Shown: positions 1-11,137, counted from the first letter of the stretch. The stretch: 64,000 bases of DNA from an uncultured Clostridia bacterium (GCA_949106495.1 CARYZD010000004.1:76961-140960), one strand, 5' to 3'. Made by a program: numbers and translations. Notes: generated by a model from the letters alone, not told the origin.

Positions 1-398
1 GTTCTCCTAATTTCTACTTCACGTATATTAGAGTACTCAATTGTCTTTTTGGTTTGACTTAAAAAGTTATTTTCAAATATTAAGCAATTTTTGTAAAATT
101 TATATTTTATCCCTTTATATTCTAAAACTTGCATTACAACTCTTAAAATAAAAACTAATGAAGTAAAAATTAAAAGAATAATACATACTATCTTGACTAT
201 GTTAAATACATTAAGCATTTTTACATTATTTCCATCTAATATATATCCTTTTCCAAGTGCTAATATAATATTAAGAATTATACTTACTATTACAATTGCA
301 AGAGCAGATTTCATTTTCCTTCCAGTAGGCATAGTAAGCTCATATATAAAGTCAAACTTTGGACTTAATTCATATAAAACTTCACCTTTATCTTCCAT
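1..398 (-). CDS. Hypothetical membrane protein, N-terminal part only. The gene runs off the window start. It is possibly a bacterial PH-like (YdbS/YdbT-type) protein.
   Basis: A minus-frame ORF starts at the ATG at 398-396 with GGAGG 7 nt upstream. There is no stop before position 1. It is absent from the supplied ORF track. It has one hydrophobic helix (AIVIVSIILNIILAL). The two plus-strand ORFs at 193..468 and 359..829 are its antisense. Confidence 0.4.
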   Translation of the reverse strand, partial: MEDKGEVLYELSPKFDFIYELTMPTGRKMKSALAIVIVSIILNIILALGKGYILDGNNVKMLNVFNIVKIVCIILLIFTSLVFILRVVMQVLEYKGIKYKFYKNCLIFENNFLSQTKKTIEYSNIREVEIRR

Positions 399-414
399 AC
401 ATCTTCCTCCAAAA

Positions 415-1116
415 CTATTCTTTAATAATAGTGCCTATTTTTTCACCTTTTACAGCTCTTTTAATTGATTCTTCTTCATTTAAAGCAAATACCAAAATTG
501 GTATATTATTTTCCATACATAATGTAATAGCTGTTGTATCCATAACTCCTAATTTTTCATTTATAGATTGCATATATGATACTTCATCATACTTTTTAGC
601 ATCATCATATTTTTTAGGATCCTTGTTATACACACCATCAACATTTTTAGCAAGTAATATAACATCTGAATCCATTTCAACTGCTCTTAATGCTGCTGCA
701 GAATCTGTTGTAAAGAATGGACTTCCTGTTCCACATGCAAATATTACAACTCTTCCCTTTTCTAAGTGTCTAACGGCTTTTCTTCTAATATATGGTTCTG
801 CTACTTGTTTCATTTCAATAGCAGTTTGAACTCTAGTTTGTACTCCTTTTGATTCAAGCATTTCTTGTAATGCTAAAGCATTTAAAGTTGTAGCAAGCAT
901 TCCCATATAATCTGATGTAGCTCTTTTAATATATTCTCCACCATATTTTCCTCTCCAAAAATTTCCTGCTCCAATAACAATTGCAATTTCTACTCCATCT
1001 TTATTTAAATCTACAATTTGATTAGCAACTCTTTCAAGCTTATCACTGTCTATTCCTCTTCCATCATCTTGTCCTATTGCTTCTCCACTTAATTTAACTA
1101 ATATTCTTTTATACAT
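415..1116 (-). CDS. pyrH: Uridylate kinase
   Basis: It begins [13 protein letters not shown] and contains GAGNFWRG. It is 234 aa if started at the internal Met. The listed ORF carries a 31-aa hydrophobic N-terminal extension that is unlikely to be real. It follows tsf as in most bacteria. Confidence 0.9.
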   Translation of the reverse strand: MYKRILVKLSGEAIGQDDGRGIDSDKLERVANQIVDLNKDGVEIAIVIGAGNFWRGKYGGEYIKRATSDYMGMLATTLNALALQEMLESKGVQTRVQTAIEMKQVAEPYIRRKAVRHLEKGRVVIFACGTGSPFFTTDSAAALRAVEMDSDVILLAKNVDGVYNKDPKKYDDAKKYDEVSYMQSINEKLGVMDTTAITLCMENNIPILVFALNEEESIKRAVKGEKIGTIIKE

Positions 1117-1264
1117 TTTTAAATTCCTCCAAATTATTAAAATTATATCATTTAAAAAATAATGTGTCAATTTGACTAAAGAAAATATACATAGTTTTAT
1201 ATAATACAACCTAAATATAAAAAATAAAACCCGTAATTTACATTACGAGTTTTAAGTTTAGTTA

Positions 1265-1912
1265 TTAACCATTAATTTGTTTCATTACTTCTTCAGCGAA
1301 GTTTTCTTCTTTTTTCTCGATTCCTTCTCCTCTTTCGAATCTAACGAATCTTCTAATTACTATATTTTCTCCAATTTTAGCAATTAATTCAGTTAATAGT
1401 TGACCAACTGTTTTATCTGGATCTTTAACAAAAGCTTGATCTAATAGACAGATTTCAGAATAAAATTTATCCATTCTTCCTTCAACTATTCTTTCAGCAA
1501 TAGCTTCTGGTTTTCCTTCTTCTAATGCTTTTTGTTTTTGTGCTTCTTTTTCTGCTTCAACGATTGCAGCAGGTACATCCTCACGTCTTACATATTGAGG
1601 AGCAGCAGCAGCTACATGCATTGCAACATCTTTAACAAATGTTTTAAATTCATCGTTTGTTGCAACGAAATCTGTTTCTGAGTTAACTTCAACTAAAGCA
1701 CCATATTTACCATTGTGAATATATGCTTCAACTAATCCTTCTGCAGCAACTCTTCCTGCTTTTTTAGCAGCTTTTGCCATACCTTTTTGTTTTAAAAGCT
1801 CAATAGCTTTATCCATGTTTCCTTCTGCTTCTGTAAGGATTTTTTTGCAGTCCATTATACCTGCACCTGTTCTATCTCTTAATTCTTTAACTTGCTCGGC
1901 TGTTATTGCCAT
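1265..1912 (-). CDS. tsf: Elongation factor Ts (short 215-aa form)
   Basis: It has the [29 protein letters not shown]-like N-terminus. GGGGGTG lies upstream of the ATG. It is immediately downstream of rpsB. Confidence 0.9.
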   Translation of the reverse strand: MAITAEQVKELRDRTGAGIMDCKKILTEAEGNMDKAIELLKQKGMAKAAKKAGRVAAEGLVEAYIHNGKYGALVEVNSETDFVATNDEFKTFVKDVAMHVAAAAPQYVRREDVPAAIVEAEKEAQKQKALEEGKPEAIAERIVEGRMDKFYSEICLLDQAFVKDPDKTVGQLLTELIAKIGENIVIRRFVRFERGEGIEKKEENFAEEVMKQING

Positions 1913-1946
1913 TTTAAAGCACCCCCTATTTATATATTAATATTAA

Positions 1947-2807
1947 TTATTCTTGTTCTGTAGTTGTTTCTTCTTTAACTTCAGCAACTTCTTCTTTTTT
2001 ATTATCTCTTTTTGTGTAATTTCTTCTGTTGTTTTGTTTTGGTTTTCTTTCTATTTTATCAACGCCTTCTTTTTCAACTAATTCTTGCATAGTTTCAATA
2101 TCGTCGTCTTCAATAGTAGTTAAGTTACCTTCTTTAGCTTCGATTACAGCATCAGCTATTTTACCAGCAATTAAGCTTACTGATCTTACTGCATCGTCAT
2201 TACCAGGTATTACAAGATCAACATCATTTGGATTACAGTTTGAATCAATTAATCCAATTGTAGGAATGTTTAATCTTCTAGCTTCTCTAGTACAAATATA
2301 TTCTTTTTTAGAGTCAGCTAAGAAAATTAATGATGGAAGTTTTTCCATGTTTTTAATACCACCAAGGTTAGTATTAAGTATTTCCATTTCTTTTCTTAAT
2401 TGAATAACTTCTTTTTTAGGTAAAACTTCAAATGTTCCATCTGCTTCCATTTTTTCTAATTCATTAAGTCTAGCTATTCTTGTTTTAATAGTAGCAAAGT
2501 TTGTTAAAGTACCACCTAACCATCTGCTGTTAATGTAGTACATTCCACATCTTTCAGCTTCAGATTTAATAGTTTCTTGAATTTGTTTTTTAGTTCCTAC
2601 GAAAAGAACTACTCCACCTTCTGCTACAACTTTTTTAGTTTCGTTGTAAGCTTCTTGTAATTTTTTTAATGTTTTTTGTAAATCTAAAATATATATTCCA
2701 TTTCTTGCTGTGAATATATATGGAGCCATTCTAGGATCCCATCTTTTTGTTTGGTGACCAAAGTGTACACCAGCTTCTAGTAATGATTTCATTGGTATAA
2801 TTGCCAT
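1947..2807 (-). CDS. rpsB: 30S ribosomal protein S2
   Basis: It begins [27 protein letters not shown]. The start was moved to the internal MAII (an RBS GGAGG lies upstream). It has an acidic C-terminal tail. Confidence 0.93.
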   Translation of the reverse strand: MAIIPMKSLLEAGVHFGHQTKRWDPRMAPYIFTARNGIYILDLQKTLKKLQEAYNETKKVVAEGGVVLFVGTKKQIQETIKSEAERCGMYYINSRWLGGTLTNFATIKTRIARLNELEKMEADGTFEVLPKKEVIQLRKEMEILNTNLGGIKNMEKLPSLIFLADSKKEYICTREARRLNIPTIGLIDSNCNPNDVDLVIPGNDDAVRSVSLIAGKIADAVIEAKEGNLTTIEDDDIETMQELVEKEGVDKIERKPKQNNRRNYTKRDNKKEEVAEVKEETTTEQE

Positions 2808-2935
2808 TTTAAAATTCCTCCTTCTTTCTATCCTCCACAATCATCTTTATTTTACACGTCCATTTCTGGAAGAAGAGTAAAACTCCTATTGTGTGTGTAT
2901 TTGTATGTATACTAGAATAAACATACAGCGCTATT

Positions 2936-2964
2936 ATTATAACATAAATTATATTGTTATGCAA
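2936..2964 (-). promoter_or_regulatory. Sigma-A type promoter for rpsB-tsf-pyrH
   Basis: Minus-strand TTGCAT, then a 17-nt spacer, then TATAAT, read by eye from the reverse complement. Confidence 0.45.
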
Positions 2965-3011
2965 TATTATTAAACAAAAAATTATGTTAAATTAAAACAT
3001 AATAATAAATA

Positions 3012-3038
3012 AGCTGTTAACAAAATACGTTAACAGCT
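3012..3038 (-). terminator. Intrinsic terminator after ftsH
   Basis: Perfect 10-bp inverted repeat AGCTGTTAAC / GTTAACAGCT with a 7-nt loop. A T-rich tract follows on the minus strand. Confidence 0.5.
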
Positions 3039-3045
3039 CTTATAT

Positions 3046-4863
3046 TTATTCTTTAAATATAGCTTCAAATTCTTCTCCACTAATTTTTTCATTTTCAAGT
3101 AGTCTTTTAGCTACTTTGTGTAATTTTTCTACATTTTCTTTTAGTATTCTTTCTGCACTTGTATAAGCATTCATAACAATTTCTTTAATTTCAGCGTCAA
3201 TTTGTGAAGCTGTACTTTCACTATAATCTCTATTGCTATGATTACTCATTTCTTTTCCTAAAAATACTTCTTCTTGTGAACTACCAAATGCAATAGGTCC
3301 AAGTTTTTCAGACATACCATATTTAGTAACCATTTCTCTTGCAATTTTTGTTGCTCTTTCTATATCATTTGAAGCTCCTGTACTAATATCATCGAGTATT
3401 AAAGCTTCTGCAACTCTACCACCAAGAAGTGAGACAATATGTTCTTTCATTTCATTTTTAGAAGCATAACTCTTATCTTCATTTGGCTTATACATAGTAT
3501 AACCACCAGCCATACCTCTTGGTATAATTGAAATTTCATGTATATTATCATGATTTGGTAAACATCTTGCAACTACTGCGTGACCTGCTTCATGATAAGC
3601 TGTAAGTTTTTTCTCTTTATCGCTTATAACTTTACTTTTCTTTTCAGGCCCCATCATAACTTTAACCATTGCTTCTTCAACATCATTAATATCTACTGTC
3701 TTTTTATCTTTTCTTGCAGCAAGTAATGTTGCTTCATTAATCATATTTTCTAAATCTGCTCCACTAAATCCTGCTGTATTTTTAGCTATAACTTTAAAGT
3801 CTATTCCAGGTGCAAATGGTTTATTTTTTGCATGTAATTGTAGAATTTCTTCTCTTGCTTTTACATCTGGATTTCCAACTACAATTTGTCTATCAAATCT
3901 ACCAGGTCTTAATAATGCTGGATCAAGTATATCTGGTCTATTTGTAGCAGCCATAACTATTATACTTTCATGAGTAGCAAAACCATCCATTTCAACTAGT
4001 AATTGGTTAAGTGTTTGTTCTCTTTCATCGTGTCCACCACCTAGTCCTGCTCCTCTATGACGTCCAACAGCATCTATTTCATCAATAAATATAATACATG
4101 GTGAATTAGCCTTTGCTTCTTTAAACATATCCCTTACACGTGATGCACCAACACCAACAAACATCTCAACAAAATCTGAACCACTTATACTAAAAAATGG
4201 AACATTTGCTTCTCCTGCAACAGCTTTTGCAAGTAATGTTTTACCAGTACCTGGTCCACCAACAAGTAAGATTCCCTTAGGAATTCTTGCTCCCATATCT
4301 ATATATTTTTTAGGATTTTTTAAGAATTCAACTTCTTCTTTTAATTCTTCTTTTTCTTCTTCAAGTCCTGCAACATTGTCAAAAGTAACTTTTTTTGGAG
4401 AATTTTTATCTATTTTTTGTGCTCTACTTTTTCCAAAATCCATTGCTTTATTATTACCATCATTTGTTTTTCTTAAAACAAACATTAAAATAAATAATGT
4501 ACCAACTAGCAATAATATATTTGGAATATATGGAGCCATTGCTTCAAAAAATGTTTCTTGAGCAACTGTTAATTCAAATTCACCAGAAGAAACCTTATCT
4601 TGAACAACTTCAATAAATGTTGTTGCAGATGGAATATCTACAATTCTAGTAATATTTTCTTCATCTTTTAATTTAACATTTGCAGTTAATCTGTCTACAC
4701 CCATTTGAATGCTTTGAACATTTTGTTCTTCAATTTTTTGCATTAACTCAGTATAAGACATTTCTTTAGTTTGAGTAGAATCTAAAAGTGTTATTGCATA
4801 AATTGCAATAGCTATTAATACAGCATAAACTATTAGAGTTCTAAAAGCACTTTTTTTGTTCAT
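3046..4863 (-). CDS. ftsH: ATP-dependent zinc metalloprotease FtsH
   Basis: It has an N-terminal TM segment, AAA Walker A GPPGTGKT, the SRH region, and the zinc site HEAGHA. Confidence 0.95.
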   Translation of the reverse strand: MNKKSAFRTLIVYAVLIAIAIYAITLLDSTQTKEMSYTELMQKIEEQNVQSIQMGVDRLTANVKLKDEENITRIVDIPSATTFIEVVQDKVSSGEFELTVAQETFFEAMAPYIPNILLLVGTLFILMFVLRKTNDGNNKAMDFGKSRAQKIDKNSPKKVTFDNVAGLEEEKEELKEEVEFLKNPKKYIDMGARIPKGILLVGGPGTGKTLLAKAVAGEANVPFFSISGSDFVEMFVGVGASRVRDMFKEAKANSPCIIFIDEIDAVGRHRGAGLGGGHDEREQTLNQLLVEMDGFATHESIIVMAATNRPDILDPALLRPGRFDRQIVVGNPDVKAREEILQLHAKNKPFAPGIDFKVIAKNTAGFSGADLENMINEATLLAARKDKKTVDINDVEEAMVKVMMGPEKKSKVISDKEKKLTAYHEAGHAVVARCLPNHDNIHEISIIPRGMAGGYTMYKPNEDKSYASKNEMKEHIVSLLGGRVAEALILDDISTGASNDIERATKIAREMVTKYGMSEKLGPIAFGSSQEEVFLGKEMSNHSNRDYSESTASQIDAEIKEIVMNAYTSAERILKENVEKLHKVAKRLLENEKISGEEFEAIFKE

Positions 4864-4878
4864 TTTGTCTCCCTTCAG

Positions 4879-5871
4879 CTAATATATAATTGCAATATTT
4901 TTCTTTACTATTTCAATAGTAAATTTATTTCCAATTATATACTTTTTACCTTTTATATTATTTTTTAACAATTTTATTATATCTAATACATGAATATTCT
5001 CAATTCCGTCTAAATTAGATATCTTCTTCTCAATTATTTTTCTAATAATTCTATTTTTTATACTATCATGTTCATTCATAAAAAGTGAAAAATCAAAAAC
5101 AATTTTAGAGTCATCTTCATTTAATATAACCCTGTTAAAAATATTATTAGTATATTCTTCAATAAAATCATTATCATCTTTTAAAATCTTTCTCATTCTA
5201 CTAATATTTGTAACAAAATTTGGATTTAACTCTTGTAAATATGGTATTAAACTAAGTCTAATTTTATTTCTAAGATAAATTTCTTCCTCATTTGTTTTAT
5301 CAAAACATGGGTGTAACTCTAGTTCATTATTATATACTAAAATATCTTTTTTTTCAATAGTAAGAAGTGGTCTAATAATCTTGTTATATTTAAAATCCAT
5401 TCCTGTTAATCCTTTAAGTCCACATCCTCTAATCTCATTTAGTAAAATTGTTTCTATATTATCGTTTAAATTATGTGCCACAGCTATAGACTGAGCACCT
5501 TCTTTTTCTCTAACTTCTTCAAAAAAATTATATCTTACTTCTCTTCCACAAGTTTCTTCTGACATTTTCTTTTCTTTTGCAAGTGTTGGTATATCAACTT
5601 TTAAATAATAAAAAGGAATGTCTTTTTCTTTGCAATAATTTTCAACATATATTTTTTCTTCTTCAGCCTCTATTCTAATACCATGATTAACATGTGCAGC
5701 AATAATGTTAAATCCAATTTCATCTTTTATTTTAAATAATGTATCTAATAAGCACATAGAATCTGGACCACCTGATACAGCAACAACTACTTTATCGTTT
5801 TTTTTAATTAATCCATTTTCTATTATATTATTCTTTACAATATTTATAATATTATTAACCATATTATTCAT
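4879..5871 (-). CDS. tilS: tRNA(Ile)-lysidine synthetase
   Basis: It has the PP-loop VAVSGGPDSMCL. It sits directly upstream of ftsH, and the usual hpt between them is absent. The start was chosen at an internal Met to avoid overlap with dnaB. Confidence 0.8.
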   Translation of the reverse strand: MNNMVNNIINIVKNNIIENGLIKKNDKVVVAVSGGPDSMCLLDTLFKIKDEIGFNIIAAHVNHGIRIEAEEEKIYVENYCKEKDIPFYYLKVDIPTLAKEKKMSEETCGREVRYNFFEEVREKEGAQSIAVAHNLNDNIETILLNEIRGCGLKGLTGMDFKYNKIIRPLLTIEKKDILVYNNELELHPCFDKTNEEEIYLRNKIRLSLIPYLQELNPNFVTNISRMRKILKDDNDFIEEYTNNIFNRVILNEDDSKIVFDFSLFMNEHDSIKNRIIRKIIEKKISNLDGIENIHVLDIIKLLKNNIKGKKYIIGNKFTIEIVKKNIAIIY

Positions 5872-7201
5872 TTCCTTTATATAAATTTGCAAATTTTGTA
5901 TATTTTCCAAGCCAAGCAAGTTCAACAGTACCAGTTTCACCATGTCTATTTTTAGCTATAATTACTTCTGCAACATTTTTCTTCTCCGTTTCTTTATCAT
6001 AATAATCTTCTCTATGCAAAAACATAACTATATCTGCATCTTGTTCTATTGATCCAGATTCACGAAGATCACTTAACATTGGTCTATGGTCTGCTCTAGA
6101 TTCAGTAGCACGACTTAACTGTGATAAAGCAATAACTGGTACATTTAATTCTTTTGCAAGAATTTTCAATCCTCTTGAGATTTCAGATATTTCTTGTTGT
6201 CTTGAACCATTTGCTGTTTTTGATTCCATTAACTGCAAATAGTCAATTATGATTAATCCAATATTTTTTTCAAGTTTAGCTTTTCTACATTTTGCTCTTA
6301 TTTCAGATGGAGTAAGAACTGGTGTATCATCTATATATATAGGAACATCTGCTAGTCTATTACTTGCATCTGCCATTTTAATCCAGTCTTCTTGCTCTAA
6401 AACAGCGTTATTTAATTTCATGCTATCTATTTCACTCTCACTACTTAGCATTCTTTTTACTAACTGTTCTTTTGACATTTCCAAGTTAAATATCATAACT
6501 GGTACTTTATCATACATTGCAACATATGAGGCAATGTTTAATACAAACGCAGATTTTCCCATAGCAGGACGTGCAGCAACAATAATTAAATCCGAATCAT
6601 TAAGCCCAGAAATTTTTTCATCTAAATCAATAAATCCTGATTCCATACCTGAAAGCTTTTCTTTATTTTCATACATTTTTTCAATAGAATCAAGTGTAGT
6701 TACTAAAATTTCTTTCATTCCAGCATAAGATTTACTATTTCTATTTTGTGCCAGGTCAAAAATCCCTTTTTCTGCTTGTTCAATTATAGCATCAAGCTCT
6801 TCGGTTTGAGCATATGATACTTTCATTATATCACTTGTAACTTTTATTAAATTTCTTGAAGTAGCTTTTTGTTCAACAATTTCAACATATCTTTCAATAT
6901 TTGATGTAGTAGGTACGTTATCTATTAATGTAGCAAGGTTTTGAGTTCCTCCAACTCTTTCTAAAGTTCCTCTTAATTTTAATTGTTCAGTAACAGTTAT
7001 CATGTCTATTTCTTTACCAACAGAATAAATATCCATCATAGCTGCATAAATTTCTTTATTATCTTCTCTATAAAAATCCTCTGGTTTTAAAACTTCTACT
7101 GCTGCTTGAACTGCATCTTTTGATACTAGCATAGAACCTAAAACTGCTTGTTCTGCCAGAGTATCATTTGGTTGTACTTTATTTACTACTTCATTTTCCA
7201 T
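5864..7201 (-). CDS. dnaB: Replicative DNA helicase DnaB
   Basis: Walker A ARPAMGKSAF, the DnaB N-terminal domain, and the conserved rplI-dnaB pairing. Confidence 0.93.
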   Translation of the reverse strand: MENEVVNKVQPNDTLAEQAVLGSMLVSKDAVQAAVEVLKPEDFYREDNKEIYAAMMDIYSVGKEIDMITVTEQLKLRGTLERVGGTQNLATLIDNVPTTSNIERYVEIVEQKATSRNLIKVTSDIMKVSYAQTEELDAIIEQAEKGIFDLAQNRNSKSYAGMKEILVTTLDSIEKMYENKEKLSGMESGFIDLDEKISGLNDSDLIIVAARPAMGKSAFVLNIASYVAMYDKVPVMIFNLEMSKEQLVKRMLSSESEIDSMKLNNAVLEQEDWIKMADASNRLADVPIYIDDTPVLTPSEIRAKCRKAKLEKNIGLIIIDYLQLMESKTANGSRQQEISEISRGLKILAKELNVPVIALSQLSRATESRADHRPMLSDLRESGSIEQDADIVMFLHREDYYDKETEKKNVAEVIIAKNRHGETGTVELAWLGKYTKFANLYKGNE

Positions 7202-7210
7202 TTGCTACAC

Positions 7211-7657
7211 CTACATTCCTACTACTGTTATTTTTAGCTTAGCTACTACTCCTTCATATAATTTTACATTTACTGTATATGTTCCCAAATTTTTAATTGG
7301 GTCATTAATTACAATTTTCTTTTTATTAATATCAATATTAAATTTTTCTTTTATCTTTTCTGCAATATCTTTTTCTGTTACACTTCCATAAAGTTTACTT
7401 CCTTCTCCAACTTTATGTTTAAATTCTATAAATCCATTTTCTAGTATTTTTTTATTTGCATTTGCTGCTTCAAGTTCAGTTTGTTTTTTAAATTTCTGCG
7501 AGCTTATTTTTCCTTGAACCTCATTCATATTTTTATTATCTGCAACAACTGCTAATTTTTTAGGTAATAAAAAATTTCTAGCATACCCTTCACTTACTTC
7601 TATAACTTGAAGTTTTTTACCGACTCCTTTAACATCTTGATTTAATACTACTTTCAT
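7211..7657 (-). CDS. rplI: 50S ribosomal protein L9
   Basis: It begins MKVVLNQDVKGVGKKLQVIEVSEGYARNFLLP. Confidence 0.93.
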   Translation of the reverse strand: MKVVLNQDVKGVGKKLQVIEVSEGYARNFLLPKKLAVVADNKNMNEVQGKISSQKFKKQTELEAANANKKILENGFIEFKHKVGEGSKLYGSVTEKDIAEKIKEKFNIDINKKKIVINDPIKNLGTYTVNVKLYEGVVAKLKITVVGM

Positions 7658-7682
7658 TTTTTACCTCCCTATAATTATATTT

Positions 7683-9680
7683 CTATTTAGATAAATATTC
7701 TTCTATACTATCTAATAATTTTTCTTTAGCTTCTTCTAGTGTTATTCCAGCCATTTGTGCACCTGCAAAAGTAAGATGTCCGCCGCCACCGATTTTTTCA
7801 AGAATAGTTTGAACATTTATATCTCCCATAGATCTTCCTGAAATCATAACTATACCATCAACAACGCAAAGTACAAATGATGCTTGTATTCCAGAAATAG
7901 ATAAAAGCTCGTCTGCAGCCTGTGCAGCTATAATTGGCATATCATTATAATTTGCATTTGATACTGATATTGCTATTTTATTATGAATAAATTCTGCATT
8001 TTTAACAATATCAACTTTTGCTACATAATTATCAAAATCATTTTGAAATAATAATTTAATTTCAGCAACATCAATTCCATATTTTTTAAGATAAGCTGCA
8101 ACTTCAAAAGTTCTAACTCCAGTTTTAAACATAAAGTTCTTTGTATCTACAACAAGACCTGCATACATACATTCAGCTTCATTTGAAGTTAATTTTATTC
8201 CATCAATATACATAATTAACTCAACTACTAGTTCTGTTGCAGAGGATGCATATATTTCATGATATGTAAGTACTGCATTATCTATAAATTCTGGACCTCT
8301 TCTATGATGATCTATTACAGCAATATTTTCAAATTTTTCTAAAAAATCTGGCTCTACTAAATATGATTTTTTATGTGTGTCTACTACAACTAATAAGCAA
8401 TTGGTAAAGTCATCATTTTTAATATCTGAATATGTTTTAAATACATTTTCATATTCTTCACTATATTTTATTTTTTCTAATATATTTTCTGTACTAGTAT
8501 TACACTTAGAGTCAACAATTACATTGACTGGTTTTCCTAAATATTTAGCAATCTTAACTATTCCAATTGCAGCACCAATACAATCTAAATCTGAGTTTCT
8601 ATGTCCAACTACATATACTTTTTCAGATTTTTCAACTAGTTCTCTTAAAGCCTGTGCCATTGTTCTAGATTTTACTTTACTTGTTTTTTCAAGTCCAACA
8701 TTTGAACCACCAAAAAAGTCATATTTTTTATCTTTTTTTACAACAACTTGGTCACCACCTCTACCAAGAGCTATATCTAATGCTGAATTTCCTGCATTAT
8801 ATCTTTCTTCAAGAGTTTCCTCTGTATATGATATACCTAATGAAATTGTTATTGGTAATTTTGTTATCTTAGTAATATTTCTTACTCTTTCTAAAATATC
8901 AAAAGAACTATTTTCCATCTGTTCAATATATTTCTTTTCAATAAATATTGCATATTTATCTTTATCTAGTCTTGCAAGAACACCTTTATTTTCTCTCGCC
9001 CAACTTCTAATTTCTTTTGTTAGTACTGATGTAACCTCTGCTTTTTGTATTTCATCTAATCCTTGTAATGTATCTTCATAGTTATCTATAAATAACATAC
9101 CTATTGCAACTTTGGTATCTTCAAGATTTTTTCTTAATGAACTTTCATATGTTTTATCTATAAAACTAATTAACATACAATCAAAATTATCAAATTTTAT
9201 TTGACTACACAATATATTATAAATATCACCATTTCCTAGTTCTTCAAGTAAACTACTATTTGGATTTTTCTTTTTTAACGATTCAAGTTTTAATGCAGAT
9301 TTTTCTATATATTCATCTGGTAAAAGGTGCTCTGAAGAATTATTCTTCCATATAATGTTTCCTTGCATACCAACAATAGCCATTGGAATATCTACTAAAT
9401 CTAATGACTCTTTAAATATCAGATCAACATTTTTAGATAATTCATTTAATCTGTACTTTTTATCTTTCAATTCTTTAAAACACATAAAAATTGCAACTAA
9501 ACTTAAAACAAATATTACTAATATATCTATATATAAAGTAATTGGTACTATAATTGATATAAAAGCAGCACAAATAATAAGTGAAGCTATTATTGCAATT
9601 CTTGATGAAAAAGATTTAAAAATTCCAGATTTATTTTTCTTCTCTTTATCCATAAAAACGAACTTCCTCTTTTCTTGCAT
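7683..9680 (-). CDS. gdpP: c-di-AMP phosphodiesterase GdpP (TM-PAS-degenerate GGDEF-DHH/DHHA1)
   Basis: It has two N-terminal TM helices, a DHH motif (VVGHRNSDLDCIGAA), a DHHA1 GGGH (GGGGHLTFAGAQ), and is 665 aa. It lies in the conserved gdpP-rplI-dnaB arrangement. Confidence 0.85.
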   Translation of the reverse strand: MQEKRKFVFMDKEKKNKSGIFKSFSSRIAIIASLIICAAFISIIVPITLYIDILVIFVLSLVAIFMCFKELKDKKYRLNELSKNVDLIFKESLDLVDIPMAIVGMQGNIIWKNNSSEHLLPDEYIEKSALKLESLKKKNPNSSLLEELGNGDIYNILCSQIKFDNFDCMLISFIDKTYESSLRKNLEDTKVAIGMLFIDNYEDTLQGLDEIQKAEVTSVLTKEIRSWARENKGVLARLDKDKYAIFIEKKYIEQMENSSFDILERVRNITKITKLPITISLGISYTEETLEERYNAGNSALDIALGRGGDQVVVKKDKKYDFFGGSNVGLEKTSKVKSRTMAQALRELVEKSEKVYVVGHRNSDLDCIGAAIGIVKIAKYLGKPVNVIVDSKCNTSTENILEKIKYSEEYENVFKTYSDIKNDDFTNCLLVVVDTHKKSYLVEPDFLEKFENIAVIDHHRRGPEFIDNAVLTYHEIYASSATELVVELIMYIDGIKLTSNEAECMYAGLVVDTKNFMFKTGVRTFEVAAYLKKYGIDVAEIKLLFQNDFDNYVAKVDIVKNAEFIHNKIAISVSNANYNDMPIIAAQAADELLSISGIQASFVLCVVDGIVMISGRSMGDINVQTILEKIGGGGHLTFAGAQMAGITLEEAKEKLLDSIEEYLSK

Positions 9681-9818
9681 TTTTCCTATATTTTACTATT
9701 TTTAGTACTAATTGTCAAGTAAACAATAATTCTTTTGACTTGTATATTACATAATTTATAGCTATATAAAGCTAAAAAAAGAAAATATAATTTTTACATT
9801 ATATTTTCTTTTCAATTA

Positions 9819-10607
9819 TTATACTGCTACTTTTTCAGATAATCTAATTCTATCAGCAATCATTGCAATAAATTCTGAGTTTGTTGGTTTTCCTTTATTA
9901 GAATTTACTGTATAGCCAAAGATTTTCTCATGCATTTCAATCTGACCTCTATTCCAGGCAACTTCAATAGCATGTCTAATTGCTCTTTCTACTCTTGATG
10001 GAGTAGTTGAAAACTTTTTAGATAAAGTTGGATATAAAGCTTTTGTTACTGAGTTAAGTATATCTTCATTTTGTACAGCTAGCATTATTGCCTCTCTAAT
10101 ATGTTGGTACCCTTTTATATGTGCTGGAACACCAGCATCATGAATCATTTGAGTGACTCTAACTTCAAGAGGTAAGTTCTTATTTCCATAAGCTACCATA
10201 TACTCAGTTTTTATCTCATCTTCTTCTTTTAATAAATCTCTTATTCTATCTACAAGAGTAATCATATCAAAAGGTTTAACAACATAATATGTTGCTCCAA
10301 GAGATATAGCTTTTTGTGTTACTTTTTCTTGTCCTATAGCAGACATTATAATAGTAACTGGTTTTTCCATACCAACTTCATCTTTCATATCTTCTAATAC
10401 AGATAATCCATCTTTTTCAGGCATAACTACATCAAGTAACAATACATCAGGTTTAGACTGTTTTATAGCTTCTATAGCATTTGTTCCATCATATAATGGT
10501 TCTAATGCAACCATATCTTTTTGAGAGTTAATATACATATTAAGTAATTTTACAAACTCTTTATTATCATCAACAATCATTATTTTTATTTTGTTATTAT
10601 TTTCCAT
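9819..10607 (-). CDS. spo0A: Stage 0 sporulation protein A (response regulator Spo0A)
   Basis: It has a receiver domain (IMIVDDN, PDVLLLDVVMP). Its Spo0A-specific C-terminal DNA-binding domain contains SRVERAIRHAIEVAWNRG and KPTNSEFIAMIADRIRL. Confidence 0.93.
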   Translation of the reverse strand: MENNNKIKIMIVDDNKEFVKLLNMYINSQKDMVALEPLYDGTNAIEAIKQSKPDVLLLDVVMPEKDGLSVLEDMKDEVGMEKPVTIIMSAIGQEKVTQKAISLGATYYVVKPFDMITLVDRIRDLLKEEDEIKTEYMVAYGNKNLPLEVRVTQMIHDAGVPAHIKGYQHIREAIMLAVQNEDILNSVTKALYPTLSKKFSTTPSRVERAIRHAIEVAWNRGQIEMHEKIFGYTVNSNKGKPTNSEFIAMIADRIRLSEKVAV

Positions 10608-10707
10608 TTTTTTAGCTCACTTTCCAGTCTATCCTATAAAGCATCATTATTATACAATTGTTTTACCACAAAATCAAGATTTTTACAGTTATTTTGCAAT
10701 CAATTTT

Positions 10708-10714
10708 TGTCGAA
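10708..10714. promoter_or_regulatory. Candidate 0A box (TGTCGAA) in the spo0A upstream region
   Basis: An exact TGTCGAA heptamer lies about 100 nt upstream of the spo0A start. Confidence 0.3.
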
Positions 10715-10852
10715 GTCTATAAAGTATTAACATAATTTAGAAAATTTTAAAATTTCCAAAAATTACCTGTATTATTTTTTTCAAACAACACAAATTATTA
10801 GTGTAAAGTGAAATTAAAACACTTTAATACCATAAAATTGGAGGTGAATTAA

Positions 10853-11068
10853 ATGTCAAACTCAAACAGCAAAATGACAAACAAACAAGCTAAAGCTGCT
10901 TTAGACAAATTTAAATATGAAGTAGCTAACGAAATCGGTGTTAACTTAAAACAAGGTTATAACGGTGATTTAACTTCTAAACAAGCTGGTTCTGTAGGTG
11001 GAGAAATGGTTAAAAGATTAGTTGCTAATGCTGCTAACCAAATGCAATCTCAACAACCTAACCAATAA
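10853..11068 (+). CDS. Small acid-soluble spore protein, alpha/beta type
   Basis: It is 71 aa, with the KFKYEVANEIGV and SKQAGSVGGEMVKRLV SASP signature motifs. GGAGGTG is the RBS. Confidence 0.9.
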   Translation: MSNSNSKMTNKQAKAALDKFKYEVANEIGVNLKQGYNGDLTSKQAGSVGGEMVKRLVANAANQMQSQQPNQ

Positions 11069-11100
11069 TTTAGAAATAAATTTTAGTTAGAATGTTAAAA

Positions 11101-11137
11101 AGATAGTGAGCGATATATACTCACTATCTTTTTTTAT
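11101..11137 (+). terminator. Intrinsic terminator after the SASP gene
   Basis: AGATAGTGAG / CTCACTATCT 10-bp stem followed by TTTTTTT. It overlaps the stop codon of the convergent minus-strand gene. Confidence 0.55.

Noticed and set aside
193-829. Plus-strand ORFs 193..468 and 359..829 (hydrophobic, low complexity).
   Set aside because: They are antisense to the partial minus-strand membrane-protein gene and to pyrH. They lack an RBS and have the typical composition of shadow ORFs in AT-rich DNA.
415-1209. 264-aa version of pyrH with the N-terminal extension [14 protein letters not shown]...
   Set aside because: The extension is hydrophobic and AT-codon junk, and UMP kinase starts at [12 protein letters not shown].
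2029-2403. Plus-strand 124-aa ORF inside rpsB.
   Set aside because: It is a shadow ORF opposite a highly conserved ribosomal protein gene and is Ser/Ile-rich.
6249-9705. Plus-strand ORFs 6249..6728, 8377..9081, 8681..8872 and 9355..9705 inside dnaB and gdpP.
   Set aside because: They are antisense to well-supported genes. They are low-complexity and have no RBS.
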